The notes: generated by a model from the letters alone, not told the origin. DNA of 38,971 bases from an uncultured Candidatus Micrarchaeota archaeon (GCA_903835325.1 CAILMU010000240.1:1-38971); one strand, 5' to 3'; shown: positions 17,790-29,660, counted from the stretch's first letter. Numbers and translations: made by a program.

Positions 17790-20078
17790 ATGCGCCGTGC
17801 ACTGATACTGGCCGTGGCACTCGTCATATTCCTGGGCGCCTTCGGCTGCATAGAGCAGAAGGATTACCCGAGCGTCAAGAACGAACAGCTCGCCGCCACC
17901 AACAGCGTGGATCTGGACAATGACGGCGTAGCGGATCTTTCAGTGTATGATTTCGCGCCGGTTGCTGTCTCAGGCACTGACCTGGTCGTGCAACGCCAGC
18001 TCAGCGTTGCGATACGCTCGAGCGCGACATTCAGCAAGACGAACCCCAACCTGACAGACCTCGACCTCCTCACGGCTGATTCGAACCTCGAGGAGTTCGG
18101 CAAATCCAAGGACCAGGCGGTTGGTTCCTGCAGCCAGGCGATAGGCCTTTTCAACGTCGTATGTTCCGACACCGAGACATGCAGCAGGCTCTGCTCGAGC
18201 AACTCGGTAAGGTGCAAGAAAATCGCCGCATCCTACCAGGATGTGCTGGCAGGCTCCATGATAGGATACATCCAGAACACGAACGAGATAAGCTCGCTCA
18301 TCCTCGATATGCGCAGGATGGTCACAAGCCTGCGGACCGGGACGGCCGAGGACCGCGACAACTACCTGGACAAATCTCGTGCGCTCATCGAGGAGATAGC
18401 GCAGGTGGAGACCAACCCGCTCTACACGAGCAAGGACATGAGCCTCTGCGCCCCGCAGGATTTCGGCGTGTCATACCTGATGGATGCGGTATCCGGGATA
18501 GGGACGTATTCCAGCGAGCCGACGGGCTATCACTATACGATGACAGTTTCCGTGAAACCGGCTTCCGGTAACAACGCCAAGATGAGCTCGGAGATAGGGT
18601 CGCTCGCGATAACAGACAAGATACCGAAATCCGTCGTATCCAACAAGGAAGCGATATCATCGGTCCAGACCCTCGCCACTTCGGATAACGGCAACAGCAT
18701 AGCCATGTCGTGGGCGGAAGCGAAACCATCGGATCAGGGAAGGATATTCATCTACGAGTTCGATTCGTCTTCATCCCCTGATATCCTCATGCCTTCGCTA
18801 ACGAGCCCTGCTGTCAGCGTGAAAAGCATCAACCTCATCTGGCTGCAGCCGACCAACATGCTCTTCAGCGCGGTCTACGGCTTGAGCAGGAATTATTTCT
18901 TCGCCCTCGGATTGGCCATAGGCGCCACCATCGCAGCCATTCTCCTCGTATATAACGTGGCGATACTGCTCTTCACCCTCATCAGCGAGAAGACGGCCGG
19001 GGCAGGCCTCAGCACGGCGTTCAGGAGGGCATTCGGAAGGACCGAGATTCGCTGGAAGAGCGACCTGGCCCTGTCTGTGATTGTGCTCATAGCCGGATAC
19101 TATCTTTCCGGATTCGTCGCGACTCAGCCGGATACCGGCTCGACGATAGTGGATTCATTGGATATACTTTTGAAGAACGGCGTCGGCATGGTCTCTGCTT
19201 GGCTCGTCCTTGCAGGGGCGATCCTCATCTATTTCGCGCTCGAGAACATCGTGAAGATAACGCTCCTGGAGATGTCGTACGGCAAGATACTCAAGGCTGA
19301 GAAGGAGACATTCGTGCAGAGGGCCGACGGGGTCAAGGAGCGCATCAAAGCCTTATCAGACCTCATAGACGCCTATCGCGAGGAGGACTTCGACATCAGC
19401 AGGGAATATGATGTGCTCACGACAGTGAACCCGCAGAAGATAGATGATATCGTGAAAAGCATGACCCCGAGGTCAAAGGCCATGCTGGATGACTACTCGA
19501 TACACATCGACGGCGCCATCAGCACGCTCAAGGAGCGCAAGAAGCTCGCGGACGACAGCTGGCCTAGATGGAAGGACAGCATAACGAAATCGCTGGAGGA
19601 GCATGACGAGGTTTATGCCTCGAACCTTGTGACCATCCCAGCGTCCCTGCGACTCTGGGCCCTCAGCAAGTATGTCGCTGAGAAGAAGAGCGAGGGGCTC
19701 GTCTTCGAGCACGACGCGCTGCGGAAGAAACGCATCGACCCCGCATCCGTAGTCAGAGACATGATAGAAAAAAAGCTCATCCGGGGCGCCATCGTCATCC
19801 AGGACGAGAAGATAACGATATCCGAGTTCGCGGACGGCAATGCGACATTGCGAAGCGCGCTTGCCATGAAGCTCAGGACTTATCTCTATTCATTGACCAA
19901 GAATATAGCGCAGCGCGAACCGGCGAGGTTCCTCTCTGTAGGGAATAAATCCGTGCTCCTGTTCTTCAAGGGAAGGGCGAGCGAGACAATGCTTTTCCTT
20001 GATAAGGATAGGGTCAAGGAAGCGATAGAGGGCTGGAACAGCAAGATGGCTCCTGGAGAAACGGGCGCGAGTGGCTAA
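17790..20078 (+). CDS. Large membrane lipoprotein of unknown function
   Basis: MRR + hydrophobic core + AFGC lipobox; DLDNDG loop; Cys-rich segment; 3-4 TM helices; charged C-terminal half. Confidence 0.8.
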   Translation: MRRALILAVALVIFLGAFGCIEQKDYPSVKNEQLAATNSVDLDNDGVADLSVYDFAPVAVSGTDLVVQRQLSVAIRSSATFSKTNPNLTDLDLLTADSNLEEFGKSKDQAVGSCSQAIGLFNVVCSDTETCSRLCSSNSVRCKKIAASYQDVLAGSMIGYIQNTNEISSLILDMRRMVTSLRTGTAEDRDNYLDKSRALIEEIAQVETNPLYTSKDMSLCAPQDFGVSYLMDAVSGIGTYSSEPTGYHYTMTVSVKPASGNNAKMSSEIGSLAITDKIPKSVVSNKEAISSVQTLATSDNGNSIAMSWAEAKPSDQGRIFIYEFDSSSSPDILMPSLTSPAVSVKSINLIWLQPTNMLFSAVYGLSRNYFFALGLAIGATIAAILLVYNVAILLFTLISEKTAGAGLSTAFRRAFGRTEIRWKSDLALSVIVLIAGYYLSGFVATQPDTGSTIVDSLDILLKNGVGMVSAWLVLAGAILIYFALENIVKITLLEMSYGKILKAEKETFVQRADGVKERIKALSDLIDAYREEDFDISREYDVLTTVNPQKIDDIVKSMTPRSKAMLDDYSIHIDGAISTLKERKKLADDSWPRWKDSITKSLEEHDEVYASNLVTIPASLRLWALSKYVAEKKSEGLVFEHDALRKKRIDPASVVRDMIEKKLIRGAIVIQDEKITISEFADGNATLRSALAMKLRTYLYSLTKNIAQREPARFLSVGNKSVLLFFKGRASETMLFLDKDRVKEAIEGWNSKMAPGETGASG

Positions 20079-20174
20079 AATTTTTTCTGAACTTTCTTTA
20101 GTTTTTATTATTACACAGAATGGAATTGTGGCACAAAACCTTAAATTGTATTAAATCATCAAATATATTATATT

Positions 20175-21560
20175 TTAGGATTTTTTATTCAATAAATATC
20201 TAGACGAACGATACTGCCCAATTTTATTCAACCTTCCTTGGGCAGTTAATTCATTGAGATCTCGGATAGCGGTAGGATGTGAGATCCCTACGATTCTTGC
20301 GAAAACTGGTGCAGTTATGAACTCGTGTTTTTCTAGATATGCAAGGGCTTTTTGCTGACGCTCCGTTATTATTCCGAATGCCCTCACGGCTCGAGAAGAT
20401 AAAGAACCATATAGAGTTACCCTGAAAAATCCCCCAAGATCGTCGAAAACTGGGTCGGGAAGGTCATTTTGACGCATTATTCTTATCATGTCTTTAACTC
20501 CAAGATTAAGGCCTTCTCCCCAACCAGCATCGTTCAAAACCCGATGGATGAGCGGGTTCCTGTGCCGGCGAATATCTGCGAAATTCTTTAATGTTTGCCC
20601 TGGAAGTAAGGTTCCTGGATTTGAAATTTGTATGCGATCGACAAATATTTCTACTAAAACTCCATTAGGATCGAAGTAGTCCCTGTGTCCAACTGCATTT
20701 GTCAATGCCTCTCTAAGAACTCGATCAGGTATCATAGGGGCTTCAATCCTTTTGCCATTTACGATCCGAGCCGAGATGCCTGCTTTATCCTTAACGAGAC
20801 TGAAACAGGTCTCAAGAACTTCCAGCAAAGTATCATTCAGTCTCATATCAAATTCCCTTGCTTTCATGCTTGGGAAAAATCCCTTATATTTAACAAGACG
20901 AATCTCTGAGTTCAAGAAGAAGCGTGCAATGTTTTTAGCGAAAGCAAGTACGCCAGCGTTTTTAATATAGAATGGCCCCATGCTGTTCGCTACACCTATA
21001 CTCGTTAAAATTGTGGCGAAATCAATACCTTCAAATTTCTCTGCTTCAGTTCCACGAAGCAATAATAGCTTATGAACTTTTCTCTCATCAAGATCCTCTA
21101 TTTTTGCATTGGATGGGTTTTCTTCGAAAGATATTACCCCCCTCGCTTTGAGGAACTCGATAAGTTCGCGCTTACTTAGTTCGACGTTCACTGAGCCTTG
21201 CCTAATAAAAGCGAATTTTTTTAGAAAACATAATTCAGAGACAGGAAGCGGGCCGATTTCAACCAAAATGATAAGATGTGAATCAACATCATGCTCTTCC
21301 ATGTTGCATTTGGGTCGGGGATCAAGCATGGGCAAAATATTGGCGATTTTTTGATATGCTTCATCGCGATTTGGAACTCCAACAACATGAATATTATCTT
21401 CTTGTTCTTCAACTCCTAAGATCAATATTCCCCCGCCAGAATTGGCGAAAGCGCAGAAGGTTTGGCCAATCCTGTCTGTGAATTGAGCCGACTTTTTAAA
21501 CTCCAGTTTGGAACCTTCAGGTTGCTGGAGCAAAAGTGCTACCTGGTCTTTCGAAAACAT
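20175..21560 (-). CDS. AlbA_2 (Schlafen-like) + HATPase_c_4 + HTH protein (RecG-C-like family)
   Basis: EGSKLEFKKS, CAFANSGGGILILGV, LREALTNAVGHRDY, ISNPG, RNPLI, C-terminal HTH TAIRDLNEL. AT-rich relative to its flanks. Confidence 0.9.
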   Translation of the reverse strand: MFSKDQVALLLQQPEGSKLEFKKSAQFTDRIGQTFCAFANSGGGILILGVEEQEDNIHVVGVPNRDEAYQKIANILPMLDPRPKCNMEEHDVDSHLIILVEIGPLPVSELCFLKKFAFIRQGSVNVELSKRELIEFLKARGVISFEENPSNAKIEDLDERKVHKLLLLRGTEAEKFEGIDFATILTSIGVANSMGPFYIKNAGVLAFAKNIARFFLNSEIRLVKYKGFFPSMKAREFDMRLNDTLLEVLETCFSLVKDKAGISARIVNGKRIEAPMIPDRVLREALTNAVGHRDYFDPNGVLVEIFVDRIQISNPGTLLPGQTLKNFADIRRHRNPLIHRVLNDAGWGEGLNLGVKDMIRIMRQNDLPDPVFDDLGGFFRVTLYGSLSSRAVRAFGIITERQQKALAYLEKHEFITAPVFARIVGISHPTAIRDLNELTAQGRLNKIGQYRSSRYLLNKKS

Positions 21561-21917
21561 ATAAATATATTAAACAGAGAGATATTTAATACTATTTAAT
21601 ATAAAATTCAAACGAGGATACCCAATTATCTTCGAAGAAACTACGGGAGTGTAACCTTTACATGTAACTCCTGAACCACATGCAATGTTATTTTCACACA
21701 ATCTTAAGAATTATGACGCGTAAAGGATTTTTGAACAAAACCATGGCGCTAATAAATCATTTTTGTACAAACCTCCCGGTTTATATGCAACCAAAAATCT
21801 GCGTATTCCGCCAGCTGAAACCGGCACGAATTTAAAGCCTTCCAGCCATTACTTTTCTACCAAGAAATTCTGAATTCTACCGACGTGGTTTTGGCATAAT
21901 GAATCAGTGGTTTTCAT

Positions 21918-23807
21918 ATGGCATCCGACAGCGCTTACACGGCCAAGGAAATACAGGTTCTTACAGGCCTAGACGGGGTCAGGAAAAGGCCCGGGATGTA
22001 CATAGGCGACACGGCAAAAAGGGGCCTCCACCACCTGGTCTACGAGATAGTGGATAACAGCATAGACGAAGCGCTCACAGGCAACTGCAAGAACATATCC
22101 GTTGAACTCAGGAAAGACGGTTCTGTCCGGGTTATTGATGACGGGAGGGGCATCCCTGTGGATATGCACCCCTCCGGGAAATCAGGCCTGGAGCTGGTCG
22201 CGAGCTCCCTGCACGCGGGGGGGAAGTTCGACAAGAATGCCTATAAGGTATCGGGAGGGCTTCATGGCGTGGGGATGGGGGTCGTCAACGGCCTCTCGGA
22301 ATGGATGGATATCGAGGTCCACCGCGACGGCAAGGCATTCAAGATAGGCTATGCCAGGGGGAAGCTGAGGGAGCCCTTCAGGAGCATCGGCCCGGCAAAC
22401 GACCGCGGGACGATAGTGACATTCAAGCCGGATGGCATGATCTTCCCGTCTGTCGAATTCGATTACGATTATTTGCGCGAGCGCATCATGGAGCTCGCAT
22501 TCCTGAACAAGGGCCTTCGGATGGTCCTCGTGGACGAACGGACCGATAAAAAGGAGGAGTTCCGCTACGAAGGCGGCATCGTGGAGTTCGTGAAGCATAT
22601 CAACGAAGCCAGGAACAAGCTCCATGAGCCGTTCTACCTGAACAAGAAGACGGACAGCATCGAAGTCGAGATAGCCCTGCAATACACCGACGGCTACACG
22701 GACAGCATCTACAGCTTCGTGAACGACATCAAGACGATAGAGGGCGGCACCCATGTGGTGGGATTCAGGACAGCCCTCACCCGCGTAGTCAATGATTACG
22801 CCAAATCCAGCAAGTACATCAAGGAGGACCAGAAGATAACCGGCGACGATGCTATCGAAGGCCTGACAGCGATAATCAGCGCCAAGGTGCAGGAACCCCA
22901 GTTCGAAGGCCAGACCAAGACCAAACTGGGCAACAGCGAGGTCCGGGGAGCCGTAGACAGCATAACATACGACGCCTTGAAATCATATTTCGAGGAGCAC
23001 CCGCAGATAGCCAAACCGATATTCTTCAAGATCCACAACTCGATGGAGGCACGGGAAGCGGCCCAGAAAGCGAAAGACCTGATAAGGCGCAAGAACGTGT
23101 TCGAGAGCAGCGTCTTGCCGGGGAAACTCGCCGATTGCTCGGAGGAGGACCCTGCCAAATGCGAGATATATTTCGTGGAAGGCGACTCCGCCGGCGGATC
23201 GTCAAAAGGTGCCCGCGACCGCAGATTCCAGGCCATCCTTCCGCTCCGTGGGAAGATCCTGAACGTGGAGAAGGCGCCGATACACAAGATAATCGAGAGC
23301 GACGCCATCCGGAACATCGTGCTTTCTCTGGGGGCAGGCTTCAAGGAGGATTTCGACCCGGCGAAACTGAGATACCACAAGATAATCATCATGACTGATG
23401 CCGATGTCGACGGCTCGCATATCCGCACTTTGATACTGACCCTGTTCTATCGTTACTTCAAGAGCCTTATCGAGAAGGGATACCTGTACATCGCGCAGCC
23501 TCCTCTTTACCGCATCCAGAAAGGCAAGTCTGTCCAATATGCATACAGCGATGCGCAATTGGCCGATGTCCTGAAAGCCGTCGGGGGCGAAGCAGGCATC
23601 CAGCGCTACAAAGGCCTCGGTGAGATGAACCCGGGCCAGCTCTGGGAGACCACGATGGATCCGGAGACAAGGACATTGAAGAAGGTGACGATAGAGGATG
23701 CTCTTCTAGCTGATGAGCTGTTCACCCTCCTCATGGGAGACCTGGTGGAGCCGAGAAGGGCCTTCATCGAGAAGCACGGCGCCAGCGTGAGGAACCTGGA
23801 CATCTGA
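21918..23807 (+). CDS. gyrB: DNA gyrase subunit B
   Basis: [59 protein letters not shown]. Confidence 0.97.
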   Translation: MASDSAYTAKEIQVLTGLDGVRKRPGMYIGDTAKRGLHHLVYEIVDNSIDEALTGNCKNISVELRKDGSVRVIDDGRGIPVDMHPSGKSGLELVASSLHAGGKFDKNAYKVSGGLHGVGMGVVNGLSEWMDIEVHRDGKAFKIGYARGKLREPFRSIGPANDRGTIVTFKPDGMIFPSVEFDYDYLRERIMELAFLNKGLRMVLVDERTDKKEEFRYEGGIVEFVKHINEARNKLHEPFYLNKKTDSIEVEIALQYTDGYTDSIYSFVNDIKTIEGGTHVVGFRTALTRVVNDYAKSSKYIKEDQKITGDDAIEGLTAIISAKVQEPQFEGQTKTKLGNSEVRGAVDSITYDALKSYFEEHPQIAKPIFFKIHNSMEAREAAQKAKDLIRRKNVFESSVLPGKLADCSEEDPAKCEIYFVEGDSAGGSSKGARDRRFQAILPLRGKILNVEKAPIHKIIESDAIRNIVLSLGAGFKEDFDPAKLRYHKIIIMTDADVDGSHIRTLILTLFYRYFKSLIEKGYLYIAQPPLYRIQKGKSVQYAYSDAQLADVLKAVGGEAGIQRYKGLGEMNPGQLWETTMDPETRTLKKVTIEDALLADELFTLLMGDLVEPRRAFIEKHGASVRNLDI

Positions 23808-23817
23808 AGTGATATTC

Positions 23818-26376
23818 ATGGCAGAGACCATCACAATCCGGACCATCGAATCCGACATGAAGGAAAGCTATCTCGATTACGCGATGTCAGTGATAATCGG
23901 GAGGGCGATACCTGATGTCCGCGATGGCCTGAAACCGGTGCACAGGAGGATCATGTTCACCATGCATGAACTCGGCAATGTGCACAACAAGGCATTCAAG
24001 AAGAGCGCGCGTGTCGTCGGTGACTGCCTTGGTAAATACCATCCGCACGGCGACCTGGCCGTCTATGACGCCCTTATCCGCATGGCGCAGCCTTTCTCGC
24101 TCCGTTACATGCTGGTAGATGGGCAAGGAAACATAGGTTCTGTCGATGGCGACAGCCCGGCCGCCATGAGATATACGGAGGTGAGGATGGCCAGGATAAC
24201 ATCCGAACTGCTCACCGATATAGACAAGGAGACTGTTCCCTTCACTGACAATTTCGACGGGACCCTGAAAGAGCCTACGGTGATGCCATCGAAGGTTCCG
24301 ACGCTTTTGATCAACGGGTCTTCCGGAATAGCTGTCGGCATGGCGACCAACATCCCGCCCCACAACCTCAGCGAGATCGTGGATGCGACAATAGCTGCCA
24401 TCGATGGGGCAGACGAAACGGAGTTGCTGAAACGGGTGAGCGGCCCTGACTTCCCCACAGGAGGGATAATAGTCGGCCGCTCAGGCATCCTCCAGGCGTA
24501 TAAGACCGGACGGGGGATAATCAAGGTCCGGTCCCGTATCGAGAAGGACCTGAAGAGGAACGCCCTCGTCATCAAGGAGATACCGTATCAGGTCACGAAG
24601 ACGGCGGTCATCGAATCTATCGTCGAAGCCGTCAAGAACAAGAGGATAGAGGGGATAAGCGGGGTCCATGACCGCTCCGACAAGGAGGGCATGGAAGTAG
24701 TGATAGACATCAAGAAAGGCAATGATCCCGACATAGTCCTGAACCAGCTCTATGCGCACACCCAGGTCCAGGGCACTTTCGGCATAATCAACCTGGCGAT
24801 AGTCGGCCAGCAGCCGAAATGTCTCAGCCTCCAGCAGACAGTGAACGAGTTCGTCGGTTTCCGCAAAGAGATAGTGCGAAAGAGGTGCGAGTTCGACCTC
24901 AGGGAAGCGAGGGCCAGGGCGCACATCCTGGAAGGGCTCAAGATAGCTATCGAGAACATCGATCCAATCGTCGCATTCCTCAAGGCCGCCAAAGACATGG
25001 ACGCGGCCCGGGCAGGGCTCATCAAGGATTATAACCTCAGCGAGATTCAGGCGAACGCTGTCCTGGACATGAAGATTTCACGCCTTGTGTCCTTGGAACG
25101 GACGAAGATAGAGAACGAGTACCAGGAGCTCATGAAGACGATCACCTGGCTCACGGGAGTGCTGGCCGACATCAACAAGATACTTGCGATAATCAAGGAC
25201 GAATTGCGCGAGATAAAGGACAAGTACGGGGATGAACGGCGCACCGAGATAATCGATGACGACGGCGATGTGGAGATAGAGGACCTCATCCCGAACGATG
25301 ATGTGGTCGTGGTGATAAGCGGGCGCGGATATGTGAAGCGTGTCAGCCTTGACGAGTACCGCACTCAGCACAGGGGCGGGAAAGGCGTGATAGGCGCAGA
25401 GACGAAGGAAGAGGATTTCGTCCAGGATGTCATCGTGACGAAGAATCATAATTACCTCCTGCTCTTCACCGACAAGGGCCGGGCATTCTGGCTGAAGGCC
25501 TACAGGATACCTGAAGGGAGCAGGTATGCCACAGGGAAGACCCTCGTGTCCCTTCTTGACCTGAAAGACGAGAAGGTGACCTCATGGATAAGCGTCGTCC
25601 GCTTCGACAGCGGGGAATATCTTTCCATGGTGACCAAGAACGGCATCATCAAGCGCACTGCCCTGGATAATTTCAGCAATGTCAGGAAGGGTGGCATAAT
25701 CGCGATAACATTGAAGGAAGGAGACCGGCTTGTCGAAGTCATCAAGACGGATGGCAAGAAGGAGCTGATAATCGCCACCAAGAAAGGCCAGGCGATACGC
25801 TTCAAGGAAGAGGAGGCTCGCGAGCTCGGCCGGACAGGCCAGGGTGTCATTGGGATCCGGTTCAAGGAGGGCGAGGACCAGGTCGTGGGGATAGCGAAAT
25901 GCACCAAGCCTGCGCTCCTTACGATAACAGAGAACGGATACGGCAAACGGACATCGATAGACGAGTACAGACTGCAGGGCCGCGGAGGTTCTGGGGTCAT
26001 CAACATCAAGACAGAAGGCAGGAACGGCGACGTCATCGGCGTGCGCGGGGCGGATGACTCTGATGAGGTCATTGTCATGAGTTCCAAGGGCCAGGCTATC
26101 CGGGCCTATGTCAAGGATATCTCTGTGATAGGACGGAATACTCAAGGAGTCAGGATAATCCGGTTGCAGGAGGAGGAAGGCGAGAAGGTCGCGAGTTTCG
26201 CTGTGGTTCCCAGTTCGCCCCCGAAGATAGGGGATGGGGAGAAGAAGGGGAATGACCCGAGCGGCACTGACCCCGAAGCTGACAAAGACGTCCAAACCAT
26301 AAAAGACAATCCCGAACCTAAAAGCGACGAAGCCGAGTCAGGCGTCGAGATGAGCGATAGCGGGCCGGCTGGATAA
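23818..26376 (+). CDS. gyrA: DNA gyrase subunit A
   Basis: [31 protein letters not shown] (catalytic Tyr), GyrA-box QHRGGKG, pinwheel repeats and acidic tail. Confidence 0.97.
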   Translation: MAETITIRTIESDMKESYLDYAMSVIIGRAIPDVRDGLKPVHRRIMFTMHELGNVHNKAFKKSARVVGDCLGKYHPHGDLAVYDALIRMAQPFSLRYMLVDGQGNIGSVDGDSPAAMRYTEVRMARITSELLTDIDKETVPFTDNFDGTLKEPTVMPSKVPTLLINGSSGIAVGMATNIPPHNLSEIVDATIAAIDGADETELLKRVSGPDFPTGGIIVGRSGILQAYKTGRGIIKVRSRIEKDLKRNALVIKEIPYQVTKTAVIESIVEAVKNKRIEGISGVHDRSDKEGMEVVIDIKKGNDPDIVLNQLYAHTQVQGTFGIINLAIVGQQPKCLSLQQTVNEFVGFRKEIVRKRCEFDLREARARAHILEGLKIAIENIDPIVAFLKAAKDMDAARAGLIKDYNLSEIQANAVLDMKISRLVSLERTKIENEYQELMKTITWLTGVLADINKILAIIKDELREIKDKYGDERRTEIIDDDGDVEIEDLIPNDDVVVVISGRGYVKRVSLDEYRTQHRGGKGVIGAETKEEDFVQDVIVTKNHNYLLLFTDKGRAFWLKAYRIPEGSRYATGKTLVSLLDLKDEKVTSWISVVRFDSGEYLSMVTKNGIIKRTALDNFSNVRKGGIIAITLKEGDRLVEVIKTDGKKELIIATKKGQAIRFKEEEARELGRTGQGVIGIRFKEGEDQVVGIAKCTKPALLTITENGYGKRTSIDEYRLQGRGGSGVINIKTEGRNGDVIGVRGADDSDEVIVMSSKGQAIRAYVKDISVIGRNTQGVRIIRLQEEEGEKVASFAVVPSSPPKIGDGEKKGNDPSGTDPEADKDVQTIKDNPEPKSDEAESGVEMSDSGPAG

Positions 26377-26418
26377 AGGATATCATCAATTTAATCTTCT
26401 TCTTCGGAATACCATACG

Positions 26419-27330
26419 ATGAGCAGCGGCAAGGGCAGGATTCTCTGGATAGATATCGCAAGAGCCCTAGCTATTGCCCTGATTGTCGGCTTCCATGTGG
26501 CCTATGAATTCAGCCTCGACAACGGCATCAGGTGGGTAGGGTTCCTGGGGGCGTCGCTGTTCTTCATCATCAGCGGGTTCATGCTGGCAAAACATGACCC
26601 GGGCATGGTTTCGTTCGACAAGGGATGGTTCGTCCGGCGCTATATCAAGATAGCGTCGTTATACTACCCGGCCATCATCGTCCTCGTCATCCTGTTCGGC
26701 GCGCAGATATACGATAACGGGTTATGGGATATCATCGCGCATTTCCTTTTCATAAATGGCATCTGGCCAGCGCTCACATATTCAATCATCAGCCCGGCAT
26801 GGTTCATCATCCCGCTTTTCTTCTATTATATTTTCTACCCGTATATCAACAGATTCACGAAAAATTATTCTCTTTTCCTTCCGCTCGCGGTCATCGCGAC
26901 GCTCGCTGCGAGGATGATCTATGGCGGGCTGGTGAACCCGAACCCATTCTGCTTTTTGGCGGAATTCTGTTTCGGGATAGCTTTCGCGCACGGAAAACGA
27001 GATTTTTGGATGCTCGCTCCTTTGGCGCTCGCCATCGCGGCTCCAGTCATGGCTCTGCCATTCATCGTGTTCTTCGTCCTGTCCTTGTTGCCATCGGACG
27101 AACCGAACCATATTATCGGATCAGCATTCTCGTTAATCGGGCAGCACACCTTCGAGATTTTCCTGTTCCATGAATCCGTGATGAAGGCGATATTGGGGAA
27201 ATGGAAGGTTTTCGGGCTCGGTGCAACCGCGTCTACGATCATCCTTCTCTTATCGCTCGCGATGGTTATGGTGATCTCTAAAGCGATAAACGGCATTTTT
27301 GCTAAAAAATCAGATGCGGTAAAGGGATGA
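26419..27330 (+). CDS. Acyltransferase family 3 (OafA-like) membrane protein
   Basis: WIDIARALAI...H, LFFIISGF, RRYIKI, AWFI; many TM helices. Confidence 0.85.
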   Translation: MSSGKGRILWIDIARALAIALIVGFHVAYEFSLDNGIRWVGFLGASLFFIISGFMLAKHDPGMVSFDKGWFVRRYIKIASLYYPAIIVLVILFGAQIYDNGLWDIIAHFLFINGIWPALTYSIISPAWFIIPLFFYYIFYPYINRFTKNYSLFLPLAVIATLAARMIYGGLVNPNPFCFLAEFCFGIAFAHGKRDFWMLAPLALAIAAPVMALPFIVFFVLSLLPSDEPNHIIGSAFSLIGQHTFEIFLFHESVMKAILGKWKVFGLGATASTIILLLSLAMVMVISKAINGIFAKKSDAVKG

Positions 27331-27334
27331 CAGT

Positions 27335-27964
27335 ATGTTCCATGATCGCTTCGATGCAGGGAAAAAGCTCGCCAAGGCGCTGGAGGCTTACAAGGGCAGG
27401 AAGGATGCGATAATCCTGGCGATACCACGGGGGGCGCTCCAGATAGGCCAGGTCCTGCACGACGAGCTCAAGCTTCCGCTCGATATCATCATAGCAAAGA
27501 AGATCCCGCACCCCATGCAGGAGGAATTCGCTATCGGAGCTGTCGGCCCTGGAGGAGTGCGGATAATAAATGACGAAGCGGCCGCGAGCGTTCCGAAAGA
27601 GTATCTGGATAACAAAATCCGCGAGATAACGCGCTCGATAGATGAGAAGAATAAGAGATACCGCGGGGAGTTCCCGCTTCCGGCCCTGAAAGGCAAAATA
27701 GTGATAATCGTTGATGATGGGATAGCTACCGGGAGCACGATGATAGCGGCGATAAGGATCGCGAGGAAGCAGAATCCGGAAAAGATAGTGGTGGCTGTCC
27801 CGGTCGCCCCAGCCGATTCCCTTGTGCATATCAAGGCGGAAGCGGATGAGGTCATATGCCTCGAGACTCCGACCATATTCTACGCGATTGGCCAGTTCTA
27901 CGAGGATTTCGCCCAGGTAGAGGATGAGGAAGCTATTGCGATATTGGCTAGATGCAGAAAATGA
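27335..27964 (+). CDS. Phosphoribosyltransferase-family protein
   Basis: FHDRFDAG, LAIPRG, VIIVDDGIATG (PRPP loop), AIGQFYEDF. Confidence 0.9.
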   Translation: MFHDRFDAGKKLAKALEAYKGRKDAIILAIPRGALQIGQVLHDELKLPLDIIIAKKIPHPMQEEFAIGAVGPGGVRIINDEAAASVPKEYLDNKIREITRSIDEKNKRYRGEFPLPALKGKIVIIVDDGIATGSTMIAAIRIARKQNPEKIVVAVPVAPADSLVHIKAEADEVICLETPTIFYAIGQFYEDFAQVEDEEAIAILARCRK

Positions 27965-27982
27965 CTCCGGAAATTATCCAAT

Positions 27983-28450
27983 TCAGAGACCGAGCATTTT
28001 GAGAACCATATCCGCGGCCATGGATTCGTTCAGTTTGAACAGCTGGTCCATGTGGTAGACCGCCTCATCGGACTTGTTCAGGGCCATGGCGAAGACGAAC
28101 ATGCGCTTCTGCAATTCGTCGGTGCTCTTGCGCTTCTCAATGGTCTTCAATAGCTCATATCCTTGCGTGTATTCGCCCTTGTTGTAGTAGGCGGAACTGG
28201 TCAGCAGGGCTGTCACAAGCATGTCGTCAGCGGAGCTCGCCAGGTTGAATGCCTTCCTGCCCTCGATCTTCGCTTCGTCGTACTTGTCCAGGCGGTATGC
28301 CGCGAGAGCAAGCAGGAAATGCGCGAGCATCTCGTCAGGGTGTGCATTGACGAATTCCTTGGACAGCTCGTAGGCGCGCTGGCGGTCCTCGTTCCTTATG
28401 AAGATGGCAAGCTGCCTGGCGAAGGCTTCCTTTTTCGTGAATTCGACCAT
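27983..28450 (-). CDS. Small TPR-like protein, paralog A
   Basis: 155 aa, all-helical; P....AHFLLA.AAY.LDKYDEA and AYY..GEY..G patterns; full-length similarity to 31126..31587. Confidence 0.8.
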   Translation of the reverse strand: MVEFTKKEAFARQLAIFIRNEDRQRAYELSKEFVNAHPDEMLAHFLLALAAYRLDKYDEAKIEGRKAFNLASSADDMLVTALLTSSAYYNKGEYTQGYELLKTIEKRKSTDELQKRMFVFAMALNKSDEAVYHMDQLFKLNESMAADMVLKMLGL

Positions 28451-28568
28451 TGGGTATCGATTGGCAGGCGAGGAATAAAAAACATGCGATAGGCTTTCCG
28501 CATCGGAAAAAGCTGGAAACCGCCGCGCCTGCCATCAAAATAAAAATATCGCCGAACATAGGCTTTGC

Positions 28569-29660
28569 ATGTGCCCCGAGACGAAACGGGCGGCCATAGC
28601 CGCCCAAACCGAAGAAGCGAAGCTCACGATGCCGAAGGCCTCGAATGTGATGGCTGATTTCTGCAAGACCAACAACATCAGGCTGGATGCCATGATGCCT
28701 GAGATCCCCATGCTCCAGCGCTTGGTCAATAAGGCGAACAAGATGGAAGGCGACAAAGCCGAGAACCTGAACACGCTGTTGGGCCAGTATTTCCTTTCTA
28801 AGATAGATATGGCCAAGAAAGAGGGCAATTACAATTTCCTTGACAGGCTGACCCAGTCGCCTAGTGAGAGCCGGGTAAGGAACGAGAGATGGATAAAGGA
28901 AGGCTCCGACCACCCGCGGATGAAGGCCCTTGCCGGGATAGAGAAGACGATAATGGAACGGCTGCCTGCGACGTATTTCCCCGAGGAGCTCGACAGGCTG
29001 GCCACGGAAGGGAGGAGGCAGACGGGCGAAAAAGACACTGAAGGCCTTATCTCAACTGTGAAAAGGATGACGGTCATCCAAGCCGCTTACGCGGAACGCG
29101 ACCCGGAAGCCGCGAAGGCATATGAATCGGTCGTGAAGAATTTCGGCCTCAGCGCCGGGAATCTGGTTCTGTCCAGGACGACCGATACAATCGGTGATGC
29201 CGAGCAATTCTACATGAAATCGTCCTACCTGCATGACCTGAAGAAGGCAAGGGAATCAGGTTACTCTCGGATGGATGAATTCCTGGTTTCCGCCCAGAAG
29301 GACACGGTTACCCTGGACGAGATGGAAAAGAAAGGGCAGCTGGACGACGGTCAGAAAACCAGGCTGGCGGATTATCATAAAAGGCTGGATAGGCTCGAGG
29401 AATTCAAAAAAGCCCCGGAAGCGCAGCAGCGCTTGATTGCGTATTCAGCGATGTCGAAAGACGAGCTGCAGCGCGAGAAAGAGTACTGGGATGGCAGGCT
29501 CGCCCAGGCCCAGAAGAGGTTCGAGGCCGATTCCGCGAAAATCAAGGATCCCAAGGCCGCGAAGGCATTGGCCGAGAATTTCAAGAGCCAGACCGAAGAC
29601 ATCAAAAGGATAACGGAAGACGTGCAGTCTGCAATCGACAGGCGCGGGAAGACGGCATGA
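28569..29660 (+). CDS. Charged alpha-helical orphan protein, paralog 1
   Basis: 363-aa ORF without TM segment or signal peptide; shares blocks with 29709..30602. Confidence 0.8.
   Translation: MCPETKRAAIAAQTEEAKLTMPKASNVMADFCKTNNIRLDAMMPEIPMLQRLVNKANKMEGDKAENLNTLLGQYFLSKIDMAKKEGNYNFLDRLTQSPSESRVRNERWIKEGSDHPRMKALAGIEKTIMERLPATYFPEELDRLATEGRRQTGEKDTEGLISTVKRMTVIQAAYAERDPEAAKAYESVVKNFGLSAGNLVLSRTTDTIGDAEQFYMKSSYLHDLKKARESGYSRMDEFLVSAQKDTVTLDEMEKKGQLDDGQKTRLADYHKRLDRLEEFKKAPEAQQRLIAYSAMSKDELQREKEYWDGRLAQAQKRFEADSAKIKDPKAAKALAENFKSQTEDIKRITEDVQSAIDRRGKTA

Noticed and set aside
21561-21917. AT-rich spacer as a replication origin
   Set aside because: No orc1/cdc6 gene nearby and no repeated ORB-like boxes seen; explained by divergent promoters.
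23805-23822. 18-nt identity TGAAGTGATATTCATGGC with 31638-31655
   Set aside because: It consists largely of an SD-like GTGAT, a spacer and ATG-GC, so translation-initiation bias is a sufficient explanation; nothing else suggests an att site.
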